From a virus (Duplodnaviria > Caudoviricetes), in the IMG/VR virus record IMGVR_UViG_3300043636_000005, positions 1 through 58,004 of that record: DNA of 58,004 bases. One strand, written 5' to 3'. Below are positions 28,001 to 35,958 of this stretch, piece by piece (within the stretch, counting starts at the first letter, position 1; each line of letters begins with the position of its first letter). Under the pieces are notes generated by a model. It searched no databases. It saw only the letters and a list, made by a program, of their open reading frames with translations, and was not told the origin of the DNA. The translations under genes and the position numbers were made by a program.

Positions 28001-29329
28001 GTCGGTCCCGAAGTCGAATTGGAAGCCCGCATAAAGGCCGGCGCCAACATCGTTGATCGAATAGCCCCCGATGGTCCCGGCGGCGGCGGCGACGTCGATG
28101 GTGAACGGCGCGCTGTCGATGAAGAACCCGGCGCTGTCCGTCGCCCGCATCTTGATCCCCGGATAGGAGCCCGCGGTGGTCGGGGTTCCGCCTAAGGTGT
28201 TGGTGCTCCGGGTGATGCCCGGCGGAAGCGCGGCGCTGTCCGGCGCGAGGCTCCAGGTGTAGCCGCCCGAGCCGCCGGCGGCGGCGAACGAGGAGCCCGC
28301 ATAGGCCGAGCCCTGGGTGGCCGAGGTCACCACGGTCGGGGTCATGCTGAGCGCGGCGGTGACGGTGATGTTGAAGGCCGCCAACAGGGCCGGCGTATTG
28401 ACCCCGTCCGAGGCCCGCAGGACGATGCCGTTATAAGCGCCGGGCGGGGCGGTGATGATCGAACCACCGAACAGGCCCGAGATGGCGTTGACTGCGAAGC
28501 CCGCCGGCGGCGTGCCGCTGGCCACGTCGTAGGTGTAGGGCCCGCCGGTCCCGCCGAAGGCCTCCAGGTCGCCAGTCGGCAGGACGCGGCCCTGGACGAC
28601 GGTCGTAGCCGGCGCCGGGGTCGAGGTGATGGACAGGGTGGAGGAGGCGGCGGCGACCTTCAGGGTGAAGGCCGGGAGCTTCTGGATGGCGCCGGTGATC
28701 TTGTCGCGGACCTGGAGGATGATCCCCGCATAGTCGCCCGGCGTGGTCGGCAGGCCGGAATAGAGGCCGGTATTGACGTCAATCGTCACGCCAGGGACCA
28801 AGCCGGCGAACACCGAATAGGCGAACTGACCGGAGCCGCCGGTGCCGACGATCTGGAAGCCGTCATAGTTCGCGCCCGCCTGGGCGGTGGTGACCGGCGA
28901 GCCGAAGACGCCCAACGCCTGGGCGGTCGGGGCCTGACCGGGGATGAAGATCGACCCCGCCGGCGCCGCAGCGGTCTTGGCGAGGTTGGCGTTAAAGCCC
29001 GTGATATTGCCCGTGCCGGCGAACCGGACGCGGAGCGATGCGCCTTCGCCGACGATAGCCCCCTGCGAGCCGTTGGCGGTCAGCGTCGCAACTGTGATCC
29101 ACGTTGCGCCGTCCGGGTCCAGCGCTTCCAGAACGGCTTGGCGGGTTCCCCAATTGCTGGCGCTGTAGGACAGAACATAGGCGCCGTTGAGGATGTTCGG
29201 CGTGATGGGCGACGTGGTCGACCCCGTGTAGGCCTTGACCAGCGGATAGGTTTTCCCCGCGTCATAGCTCGGTTGCGCGTCGACCATCTGGCCGGCGTTG
29301 TTCTGGGCGACGGGAGGGATGGCGGACAT
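22046..29329 (-). CDS. Giant multi-domain protein: Ig repeats, two GH16-like, LamG-like and FAD-oxidoreductase-like domains
   Basis: GGxGxYxY/W...LPxG...GTPT Ig repeats, GELDVPE and KEIDIVE GH16 motifs, HVVTIVFDGTTVSLFKDG LamG, and ADIVVYG...IGADYIG...RMEP. Confidence 0.7.
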   Translation of the reverse strand: MSAIPPVAQNNAGQMVDAQPSYDAGKTYPLVKAYTGSTTSPITPNILNGAYVLSYSASNWGTRQAVLEALDPDGATWITVATLTANGSQGAIVGEGASLRVRFAGTGNITGFNANLAKTAAAPAGSIFIPGQAPTAQALGVFGSPVTTAQAGANYDGFQIVGTGGSGQFAYSVFAGLVPGVTIDVNTGLYSGLPTTPGDYAGIILQVRDKITGAIQKLPAFTLKVAAASSTLSITSTPAPATTVVQGRVLPTGDLEAFGGTGGPYTYDVASGTPPAGFAVNAISGLFGGSIITAPPGAYNGIVLRASDGVNTPALLAAFNITVTAALSMTPTVVTSATQGSAYAGSSFAAAGGSGGYTWSLAPDSAALPPGITRSTNTLGGTPTTAGSYPGIKMRATDSAGFFIDSAPFTIDVAAAAGTIGGYSINDVGAGLYAGFQFDFGTDFSAAPPRWHPNEAPNAAWKTGPIHVPWMGLDPSGGWSMGMDQYWRGARSQSPTAFGLDTITANGGGNGCNFNIREPDSVLLPTLPTTFSLCPGGKPSLLAGMIYSAPGYVLSAKGDFIVECKFQSPAGSLVGYWSSFLWTSAQFWPDGGELDVPEIFKGQPADTPTRTLGQTFIRVNSIINGVDGGGAGSETPYFLDIRDDRPYWFMAKKTATKIEFYDDFDVQGVLAKRGEAVNNIGRFKGAHDLRLGAGAGPYGQSGMSARAFNAIEWPSDTKLLMVRSWSPQGSPRNLATVDLGTVAAVAGTPITPWVLPGTVWNGGSVPDVVEVVGGFYGYDSPGALTRNATTKLPGGMTYNAATKTVSWTPPATEGGTVCVYFLGSFNAGGAGRRARLTFKVAPVKQASFPSVIGVNANGSLNQTVAYTDFHSGDLTHTYTSVASDQSWAVVTMGAGNRSFTIAGTAPNLTQTVNVTGFATNAAGQSTPFAIAINVSTIWTPLSWSNLKHWWDFTDTTKVFSDTAGATPAVPTSGTQTIALVKDKMGAADLSNAVSASRPVYKLVGGVPMGGFTKATPTHLDAVSSVFQTELGGVNKPFTMVLAMTRGAPGVSSRPIAIGQTGSGSPIQVFFAANDGVGVSRTGGANISSPAAGFTVDEPHVVTIVFDGTTVSLFKDGYFLASGNGASSTSQTLGQLTLGAIKNSATTWDSVFGFSGAIAQVMVSSDAVRSQDVRNAERMMIDAVGTVSYLLQEKFATLDLYSPTNHGGFWRPAPTFNTSDGVWGLPASRSLPWEWQLYSTQDKQGYQPLSIVPGEGLRITVGALTGTNTYFQGAYPNDLGSGLPPPVVANGALFTRGSGMINSLPSFAQKYGTFEAEISMPAVYQPGGHPAFWLYDQATSKEIDIVEILTDNDRRLEFHTPGYLVSGAEPPSITGASIVDMPVGWDKTEFHTYSLVWTATTVEWFVDGVSMRKIANNGYLNVPMVVILNYALRSHWNDEYATPPHAPDASVIGSFLRCRQIRVIAPPVASLSGLTVSPATFTQGDAEGTVIGTIGGKTAGSTLSVPTGETRYKISSDQTQVLVGPGAATAGNFSGPIVETLVGSPNSPRTTTVTFTVTPSAVLPTFAIQAETQAVVTAYAAANGGTAPSTAIQWHMDRLVRRLKAAGVYADFAAGKPAGFWECKFAVNKAQSKINWINPTGAVLTEYGTVTFTAGTGWSGFSSVIYLGTGFNLSQIDPNSAFMGVYSNTTGATAVNVDCGAQDVSANGLQIVCCDTAVQMRTRMMGAIVTAPSVGYFNGQGWCAVSRTTSATFMASHRGPVVDGAVSSVSAAITSAVEIGIGHAPGNSTGSARSLSCFLLCAGKTRALTEEIGAAIEDIHGPQTSGRPNVFEPGYQPATVTADIVVYGLTMPAVIAAYAAKRKNPALSVVIVGDEGQTHLWRLGGLLAQGLDLMDINYAKATGNVYVSGIFKDMITWINANKYGNRTNFDPTVQNASDQQTAVDAESRHWNAIARRMLDPTKTTGAMPGKDIPIYLSGGMNAVTKTGTKVTSFTTADGRTFNCGFLIGADYIGTALPLLSIPYRTGMDAAGTGSEATAGYRLPSVLPKYGSPSAGVAGTTSVTVDPYVTPGVSASGLIANVVAAPALTVGAADPAVQPMTIRTPMTTAKTRWAPTVRDVPPNYSAANYEFTARAYAAAAALGTTPTIMDVMSFGQIYTDALGNYYDCNNSPSGLSSDMPQSGLALSAAGGNLTQRTQVFANVHNFVLGLIYWHANSGDSRIPAAVATAMASTYSLDALQMTEVEPGTGRLWFPDQNYVRQPVYQMKNAGFMFDANDSNMADGSAPRSLKTIGCHSYPADSHLLRVCAYDDSTGAGVRIMLQGGIGGSSGGTNQIIPEPLEAFVPDAAVCTNYATPTHPSFSARAWSSYRMEPAMGVAAESLGIIAAMSVTNNVAPLALTYGDTSTAGTIAYELTNAGDVTPIYLRSTN

Positions 29330-29454
29330 GTCGGGGGCTCCGGGGTTCTCCCCCGTGTATCACCCGAACGGTCCCGCTTTCCAATGGGCCAGGACCGCGC
29401 GCCCGTCCTACATGTGGAGGTCTCGCCCCCGCGCCCCGCAACCGGTTGTGTCGA

Positions 29455-30246
29455 TCAGACGATGACCTCGTCATCCAGGTCGACAGCCGGCGGCGCCGGG
29501 CGATTGATCGGAACCCCGGCCGAGCGGGCCGCGTCGGTCGAACGCCGCAGGGTCTCGGCGACCTGTTGGGGCGTGCCATGATGGGGCTTGATCGACCCCG
29601 CCGGCATGGCCTTCAGGCCGCTGCCCAGCCCGACCACCCGGCCATCCTCGGTCATGTAGCCGGCCGCCACCATCTCCGCCCGCGTCATCCGCTTGATGGG
29701 CTCGGCAGGCTTGGGCGGGCCCCACTCGGCGGCCCGCTTGCAGCGCCAGCGCATCGACGCCAGGGCGACCTTGGCCTTGACGCACCCGTCATAGAGCTGC
29801 GCCGGCCGGGGGTAGAAGCTCCGCGCCATGGCGTCGGTCACCACCTCGCCGCGGTCCCAGGCCAGAAACCCAGCCTCGATGATATCAGCCGAAAACTCGG
29901 TCAGCAGCGCCAGATAGGGCGCGGCCATCAACGCCCAGGCCTCGGGGCTCTTGTCCTGAAAGTCCAGCCCGTACGCCGGCCCCTTGGCGGCCATGACGAT
30001 CAGGATATCCTGCGGCGTCGCGTGGCCGGACAAGGCCGCCTCCAGCGCCGGGAGCGCGGAAGCGGCCTCCTCCTTCAGCTTCGGGGCCCGCGCAATCTGG
30101 GCGATGATCTGGCCGTTCTCACGCTGCCCCACGGCTCCGCTGGGCTCGGTCAGCAGCGAGTGCAAAGCCGGCGACGAGGTTAGACGTCCGTCGATCAGCG
30201 CTGGCGGCGCGTGCGTCCCCGCGAGGGTCAGTTGCTGGCGATCCAC
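29455..30246 (-). CDS. Replication accessory protein (possible helicase loader) with C-terminal DDEVIV
   Basis: Follows the initiator. YLALL...SFYPRPAQL pattern. Start uncertain. Confidence 0.5.
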   Translation of the reverse strand: MDRQQLTLAGTHAPPALIDGRLTSSPALHSLLTEPSGAVGQRENGQIIAQIARAPKLKEEAASALPALEAALSGHATPQDILIVMAAKGPAYGLDFQDKSPEAWALMAAPYLALLTEFSADIIEAGFLAWDRGEVVTDAMARSFYPRPAQLYDGCVKAKVALASMRWRCKRAAEWGPPKPAEPIKRMTRAEMVAAGYMTEDGRVVGLGSGLKAMPAGSIKPHHGTPQQVAETLRRSTDAARSAGVPINRPAPPAVDLDDEVIV

Positions 30247-31012
30247 TCTGGCGCTCCCGGTGGTAGAAGCCCTCGTGAAGCTTCGTGAACGAGGACTGTT
30301 GCAGGAAAAAGTCAAAGGTCGGCGAGAAGTTCGCACCCGTCTTCCCGGTGAGGAACGCCGACGTTTCCGCTGATATCATGATATCACGCCACGCGTCAAA
30401 CCCGCCAGCATCCCGAACCCGGAGCGGGATGGCTTTCCGCCGACTATCGTTGAGGATCTTAAGCGCCCCCCAGTGCGGCCAGCGATCGGCGATATCACGA
30501 TAGACCGCCGCGCACTTTTCGACCAAGGGCCGGTCGTCGGTCGCCCGCGCTAACTCCTTCAATCCATCTAAATCTATAGGTAGCTCTATAGGTACGGCGG
30601 AACGTGGAGTGAGGGGTTTATGTCTTTCGGTTCCGGCGTTTGTTTGGCGTTCCGGGGTTTCTTCGTCTCCGCGTTCCGGGGATTTTCGCGGCCTTCCGCG
30701 CCTTCCAGCCTCCAGATCCTCGTCATCGTCAGGGTCCATCTTGACCATGAATTCGGCCGGTATTTCCAATCGAATGATATCGCTGAACCCCGGCCTCGAT
30801 TTGGTGGTGATCAAGCCCAGGCCTTCCAGAGCGGCGATAGCTGATCGAACGTGACGCTCTGTCCGGTGGATCATCTTGGCGACCCATCTGGCCGAATGCC
30901 TGACCTCCCGAGGTCTGGCGAGGTCAGCCAGCGCCAGCAACACGAGCAGATGGTTGCCGTTCTCGACACGCTCGGTTTGGCCCCAAGCCCAAGCGGTGGC
31001 TTTGAAGCTCAT
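30119..31012 (-). CDS. Replication initiator (N-terminal wHTH)
   Basis: MSFKATAWAW...LVLLALADLA...TERHVRSAIAALEGLGLI, with C-terminal FLTGK...TFDFFL...KLHEGFY. Confidence 0.8.
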   Translation of the reverse strand: MSFKATAWAWGQTERVENGNHLLVLLALADLARPREVRHSARWVAKMIHRTERHVRSAIAALEGLGLITTKSRPGFSDIIRLEIPAEFMVKMDPDDDEDLEAGRRGRPRKSPERGDEETPERQTNAGTERHKPLTPRSAVPIELPIDLDGLKELARATDDRPLVEKCAAVYRDIADRWPHWGALKILNDSRRKAIPLRVRDAGGFDAWRDIMISAETSAFLTGKTGANFSPTFDFFLQQSSFTKLHEGFYHRERQSGSPATDPRGDARAASADRRTSNLVAGFALAADRAQRSRGAA

Positions 31013-31332
31013 GTGTAACCTACTTCTGACATGTAGCTGTAAAGGCGGTCCCTAACGATCTCTTCGGCGACGTTAACACCGCATCGAAACCACTCGTCGG
31101 TGGGGCCAGACCCTGGCGCCCGATACATTCTCAGGCGCTCATGAGAACGTTGCTCAACCCGGAAGGACATGGGGCGAGGATAGAACAGGGTCCAATAAGA
31201 GACGCGAAGGCTGCGGTTGGACTGTGCGCTAAGGACCTTGCAGCGGGTTGTGGGGTCCTGAGAGATGCCGATTTTTATCAGCTTTGGGTCATCCAGGTCC
31301 GAAAGGACGTAGATCCGCGCGCTCTGGCTCAT
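31009..31332 (-). CDS. GIY-YIG (T5orf172-like) protein
   Basis: IYVL...IKIGISQDPTTR...VEQRSH...EWF. Confidence 0.8.
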   Translation of the reverse strand: MSQSARIYVLSDLDDPKLIKIGISQDPTTRCKVLSAQSNRSLRVSYWTLFYPRPMSFRVEQRSHERLRMYRAPGSGPTDEWFRCGVNVAEEIVRDRLYSYMSEVGYT

Positions 31333-31946
31333 GCGATCCCCTGGGCGAGAAGCTTCTTATATTCGCGCAGCCCGTGCATGACCGACGTGTGGTCCATCGG
31401 GAGTGGGCGGCCGAAGCGGACCAGGGACGCCCCGATCATCGGCAGGCTGTAGCGGCGCGAACCATCGGCGCGGCGAACCTCGCGGGCGATGGTGAAATAT
31501 TCCCAGCGGGCGCGCGAGAGCGGCCGGGTGCGGATGTCGAGGGCGACTTGCGAGGGGCGCAGGCCGCGGCGCCAACAGACCTCGCGGAACATGCCCTTGA
31601 GGTCGGTGCCGAAGACCGGCGCGCCCAACGGTAGCTCCCAGGGCTCGTCTTCGATCAGCTCTGGCGGGTGATTGTGGTTGCGCGGCGCCGGGGCGTGCGG
31701 CCGGGCCGGCGCCTGTCCGAAATCGACGTCGCCGAATAACAAAAGAGGTGGTGGGGCGTTTGAAACCATCCCCAGCGTGTCGCCGGGCTGGAGTGGTACG
31801 AGTGATGGCGCGCGGCTATGTTGGGCCGTGAGCATTGGCCGATCCTTTCCGAGAGGAGGCTGATGTTGCGGGCGCGGGTCGGGAAACCCGCGTCCGCCGT
31901 CACTGTGCATCTGATCAATTGACGCATCAAGGTTAAGCCGCCGCAT
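31329..31946 (-). CDS. Protein with DnaA domain IV-like HTH
   Basis: RTRPLSRAR...YSLPMIG...DHTSVMHG matches the DnaA C-terminal signature. True start is probably downstream of 31946. Confidence 0.7.
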   Translation of the reverse strand: MRRLNLDASIDQMHSDGGRGFPDPRPQHQPPLGKDRPMLTAQHSRAPSLVPLQPGDTLGMVSNAPPPLLLFGDVDFGQAPARPHAPAPRNHNHPPELIEDEPWELPLGAPVFGTDLKGMFREVCWRRGLRPSQVALDIRTRPLSRARWEYFTIAREVRRADGSRRYSLPMIGASLVRFGRPLPMDHTSVMHGLREYKKLLAQGIA

Positions 31947-32089
31947 TTTTGCCCCATGAGCGCCAATGTCGCGGCTGGGTTGCGGATCGCGCCGGAAGCT
32001 GACACCTAAAGGGCGTGGGTTGCTGGCGTTCGTCCTCGCGGACGCCGAGCCTGGGGCGGCCCGTTCTGGCGTTCGGGTCGCCCCCTCCC

Positions 32090-32281
32090 CTACCGCTCCG
32101 CCGCCCGCAGCACGCCCGCGAAGAACGCCCGGTTCAGGTCGGGATCAATCGGCCGGAACGGCTTATATTCCTCCCGACAGGCCTCGCAGTAGGGCGCCCG
32201 CAGCGCCGCTTGGCCGCAGAGCCTAAAATCCTTCTCGCCCATCGTGCCCTTCGGCCATTGGCAAATCCCCTGAATTCTCAA
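32090..32281 (-). CDS. GcrA C-terminal-domain-like protein
   Basis: CQWPKG...DFRLCG...PYCEAC resembles the GcrA pattern CxWPxG...FCG...PYCxxH. Confidence 0.65.
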   Translation of the reverse strand: MRIQGICQWPKGTMGEKDFRLCGQAALRAPYCEACREEYKPFRPIDPDLNRAFFAGVLRAAER

Positions 32282-32826
32282 AGCAACAGGCCCCCCAGCC
32301 TTGCGAGCCAGGGGGCGGCGGCCGATCCGTCAACCTCACTGAGCCCGATCATCCAGACGCCCACCGCGTCGGCGGCGTCCTCTCGCCCCTCATCCTTGGT
32401 TGTGGGCAAGGGAATGCCTAAACCCATCGCTGCACGAACGACCTGCGACTTTGTGGCCTGATGGTCGCCGGTCATGACCTTTTTCACCCGCCGCAAGTCG
32501 ACCTCGGCCACCCGCACGCCGAAGCGGACGCAGGTCAGCTCCAGCACCACGCCCAGGCCATAGATGCGGCGCAGGTCGGCCAGGGTGTCGGATCTCCCGC
32601 CATGGCGGCCCTTGGTCACCAGAATGGGCGCCTCATAGGCCACGAGGTCGGGCTGATGCTCGCGGATCAGCGCGCCGGCCTGATCCTGCATATGCGCCGC
32701 CAGGGCGCCGAGGTCGTCGCCGAGCGGCGGAAACCTCCAGGCGCCGGCGGTGGGCACGCCCTGGCCATCGCCAACGCAGTATCCCGACGAGCCGGGGGCG
32801 AGGTCGAAGGCCAGGACGCACGCCAT
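32278..32826 (-). CDS. RuvC-like Holliday junction resolvase
   Basis: VLAFDLA, VAYE, KKVMTG...ATKSQV and DAADAVGV catalytic motifs. Confidence 0.85.
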   Translation of the reverse strand: MACVLAFDLAPGSSGYCVGDGQGVPTAGAWRFPPLGDDLGALAAHMQDQAGALIREHQPDLVAYEAPILVTKGRHGGRSDTLADLRRIYGLGVVLELTCVRFGVRVAEVDLRRVKKVMTGDHQATKSQVVRAAMGLGIPLPTTKDEGREDAADAVGVWMIGLSEVDGSAAAPWLARLGGLLL

Positions 32827-33797
32827 TAGACGATGACGTCCGGGTCGGCTTCCTTGGCCGCCTGGACCGCGGCGCGGGTGGTTTGCGCCGCCAGTTCCTC
32901 GGGGGTGGCTTCGAAGCCGTCGCTGGCCGGGTTGTCGGCTGCGAAGTCCGCTGCCGCCTGGAGCTTGGTGATGGCGGTCAGGATGTGCGGCGGGGCGGTC
33001 CCGCCCTCGGCGACGATCTGGTCGCGCTTGGCGATCAGGCCTTCAAGGGTCGGCTGGCCGTCTTCGCCCAGGCCGATTTTCGCCAGGGCTTCCTTGCCGA
33101 TTTTCTCCTCGCGCTTCTCGCGCACCCGGCGCTCCACCTCGGTCTCCTCGGGCTCAACCGGGGCGGCCACCGGCGCCTTGGTCTTGGTCATCGCCAGGGC
33201 GAGGATTTTCTGGCCGTTGGTCCACCCGGTCTCATAGCGGTTTCCGTGCCCGGCCTTGACGCACTCCAGCGGCGCATCCTTGTCCGCGCCGCTGACGCCG
33301 TCCGTGTAGCCGACGCCTTCCCAATACTGGCCGTCCTGTTCCACCGGCGGGAGGCGGTGGTGCAGCTCCAATTCCTCCTGGGAGATATCACCCACCGGCA
33401 GGCCCATGGCGCGGCGGAAGCGGGCGCGCACGGCTTCGTTGTGCTGGACGTTGCGTCGCTCGGAGGGCGAGCTGTCCTTGACGAGGTCCATGATGCGGCC
33501 GCGTTCGAACTCTTTCGACTGCGCCTTCGCGGACAGCAGAATGGAGTTGACCTTGTCCTGGGCGGCCTTCAGCACCACCCGCGCGGCCTCAACCTCGGGG
33601 AGCGCCTGTTTGACCCTGGCCACCACGCTCATGAGCTGGATAGTCTCGGCCTCCTCGCGAGCCTTCTTTTCGGCGAACGCGGCCTTGAGCTTGTCTTCGG
33701 GGCTCATGTTGTCGACCACGGTCAGGGTCCGGCCGTTGCCGCCCTTGCCCGCGCCCTTGGCGCCACGGGCGCCGCCTCCGGTGATCTTCCCGGCCAT
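32826..33797 (-). CDS. Hypothetical helical protein with C-terminal DPDVIV
   Basis: ATG with GAGGA RBS. Weak GapR-like helix and an RMF-like GYxDG...YxxGWxxG motif. Confidence 0.6.
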   Translation of the reverse strand: MAGKITGGGARGAKGAGKGGNGRTLTVVDNMSPEDKLKAAFAEKKAREEAETIQLMSVVARVKQALPEVEAARVVLKAAQDKVNSILLSAKAQSKEFERGRIMDLVKDSSPSERRNVQHNEAVRARFRRAMGLPVGDISQEELELHHRLPPVEQDGQYWEGVGYTDGVSGADKDAPLECVKAGHGNRYETGWTNGQKILALAMTKTKAPVAAPVEPEETEVERRVREKREEKIGKEALAKIGLGEDGQPTLEGLIAKRDQIVAEGGTAPPHILTAITKLQAAADFAADNPASDGFEATPEELAAQTTRAAVQAAKEADPDVIV

Positions 33798-33895
33798 GCT
33801 GTGTCTCTGTCCTCGTGATTGGCGTTCCGCCCGTGATATCGCCGAGCGTTGAGCCACCCTGTCCCCGCGCGTGCTTCGGGACAAGTCGAGAGGGC

Positions 33896-33935
33896 TTGCG
33901 ACGCGATATCACTTGGGGATAGGGTGTGATATCAC
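33896..33935 (+). promoter_or_regulatory. Divergent promoter region with palindromes
   Basis: TTGCGA-(18 bp containing GCGATATCAC)-TAGGGT-GTGATATCAC, plus another near copy at ~33833. Confidence 0.6.
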
Positions 33936-33973
33936 GCGAGCCGAACGCCAGTCAGGCCGCCCAGAGGGACATC

Positions 33974-35341
33974 ATGCGCATCATCGAATTTTCGGCGGAG
34001 AATTTCGCCAAGCTCAAGGTCGTGACGATCCGGCCAGATAAGGGGCTCGTGGTCCTGTCTGGGCGAAATCGTCAGGGCAAGAGCAGTGCGCTGAACGCCA
34101 TCTCCACCGCCTTGCAAGGCCTGTCCGCCGCGCCGGCTGAGCCGATCCACGAGGGTTGCGAGCGCTCGCGGGTCCGCTTGGAGCTGGGCGGCGAAGAGGT
34201 GGAGATGATCGTCACGCGGACGTTCACCGTCGACCCCGAGGAGCCGCGCGGCTGGACGTCGAGCTTCGATGTCCGCACCGGCGCCGGGGCCAAGGTGAAG
34301 TCGCCGCAAGACGCCTTGAACGCCATCCTTGGCAAGATCGCTTTCGATCCGCTGTCGTTCAGCCGGGCCGACGACGACGACAAGCTGAAGATGCTGCGGC
34401 CGCTCGTGCCCGAGGTCGACTTTGACGCCGAGAAGGCCGCCCGCGCCAAGGATTACGACGCCCGCACCTTGGTCAACGCCGAGGCCAAGCGTCTGCGCAG
34501 TCAGGCCGAGGCGGTCATTCTCCCGCCGGGCCCGGTCCCCGCCCGCATCGCCTTCCAAGAGCTGGAGGACGAGTTGGCCGGCGCGGCGCAGTTCAACGCC
34601 GAGATTGAGACCCGCAAAGCCAACCGGTCGGCGGCGCGGGCGCAGGCCGAGCAGCTCACCGCCGAGGTCTTGGAGCTTCGGGACCGGCTGGCCTATGCCG
34701 AGGAAAAGTTGGCGACCATTGAAGCCAAACTCGCCACCGCCGAACCGCTCGCCGAGCCCAAGGACATTCTAGCCATCCGCGCCAGACTGACCGAAGCCCG
34801 CACCAAGAACGAGGTGGCGGACAAGGCCGCCCGCAAGATCGCGCTCGCCACCGAAGCCGCAGCGGCGGAAACTAAGGCGCTCGCCCTGACCAAGGCGATT
34901 GAAGCCCGCGACGCGGCCAACGCGGCGGCGGTGGCCAAGGCGGTCGACCGCGTGCCCGGCCTGACCTTCGCCGCCGGCCGGCTGATGCTCAACGGCCACG
35001 CCTTCTCGATGGCGTCCGACGCTGAGCAGTTGGAAGCCGCGGTGGCGGTGGCGGGCTTGCTGAACCCGACCTTGCGGGTGGTCCGCATCCGCGACGGGTC
35101 GTTGCTGGACGAGGACGCCATGGCGGCGCTGGAGCGGATCGCCGAGCGCCTGGATTTGCAGGTTTGGCTAGAAGTCGTCTCCAACACTGGCGACGTCGGC
35201 TTCGTGCTGGAAGACGGCGAGCTGAAGGGGCCGGGAACCAAGCCGGCGCCGCGGCCCAACTTCAGGGCCGACCTCGCCATGGCCCATATGGCCGCTCGCC
35301 TTCCCGCTTCCACTGATCCCGACGACGAGGTGATAGTTTGA
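33974..35341 (+). CDS. SMC/SbcC-like ATPase with C-terminal DDEVIV
   Basis: ENFAKL, GRNRQGKSS Walker A, coiled coil, ASDAEQ signature and RIRDGSLLD. Confidence 0.85.
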   Translation: MRIIEFSAENFAKLKVVTIRPDKGLVVLSGRNRQGKSSALNAISTALQGLSAAPAEPIHEGCERSRVRLELGGEEVEMIVTRTFTVDPEEPRGWTSSFDVRTGAGAKVKSPQDALNAILGKIAFDPLSFSRADDDDKLKMLRPLVPEVDFDAEKAARAKDYDARTLVNAEAKRLRSQAEAVILPPGPVPARIAFQELEDELAGAAQFNAEIETRKANRSAARAQAEQLTAEVLELRDRLAYAEEKLATIEAKLATAEPLAEPKDILAIRARLTEARTKNEVADKAARKIALATEAAAAETKALALTKAIEARDAANAAAVAKAVDRVPGLTFAAGRLMLNGHAFSMASDAEQLEAAVAVAGLLNPTLRVVRIRDGSLLDEDAMAALERIAERLDLQVWLEVVSNTGDVGFVLEDGELKGPGTKPAPRPNFRADLAMAHMAARLPASTDPDDEVIV

Positions 35342-35958
35342 TCCTGGCTTTCGACACCGAAACCACCGGCCTCCCTGATTGGGGCGCGCCGTCTGACGCC
35401 AAGCATCAGCCGCACCTCGTGCAACTGGCGATGATCCTTCTCGATGACGATCTGACCGAACGCGCCAGCGTGTCGCTTATCGTGCGCCCAGACGGCTGGG
35501 TGATCCCCGATGATGTCGCGAAAATTCATGGGATTACGACGGAGATGGCCGAGCGCCTGGGTGTGCCCGAGAAGGTCGCGACCGCACTCTATGCGCAACT
35601 GCTCTACGGGACCGGCGCCACGGTGGTGGCTCACAACGTCAAGTTTGACCTGCGCATCATGCGGATCGCCATGCTCCGCGCCGGCTGGGCGAAGGACAAA
35701 CTGGACGCGCGAAAGCCCGACAGCTTTTGCACGCTAAACGCTGCTACGCCGCTCGTGAACCTGCCGCCGACGCCGAAGATGGTCGCCGCCGGGTTCAAAA
35801 AGCCGAAGCCCCCGAAGCTCTCGGAGTGCATCGAGTTTTTCTTTCAGGAGACCTTGGTGGGAGCGCACGACGCGCTCGTGGACGTGCGGGCTTGCCTGCG
35901 GGTCTATCGCCACATTGTGCAACTCTCCGCCGCTCCAGATGACGAGGTGATCGTTTGA
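35338..35958 (+). CDS. DEDDh 3'-5' exonuclease with C-terminal DDEVIV
   Basis: FDTETTG, AHNVKFD and HDALVD motifs. Confidence 0.9.
   Translation: MILAFDTETTGLPDWGAPSDAKHQPHLVQLAMILLDDDLTERASVSLIVRPDGWVIPDDVAKIHGITTEMAERLGVPEKVATALYAQLLYGTGATVVAHNVKFDLRIMRIAMLRAGWAKDKLDARKPDSFCTLNAATPLVNLPPTPKMVAAGFKKPKPPKLSECIEFFFQETLVGAHDALVDVRACLRVYRHIVQLSAAPDDEVIV

Noticed and set aside
35318-35341. DEVIV as purely a by-product of Shine-Dalgarno sequences
   Set aside because: Copies at 29455, 32826 and 37613 use GTC ATC codons without the extended SD, and the frame and stop position are always the same. This is at most a partial explanation.
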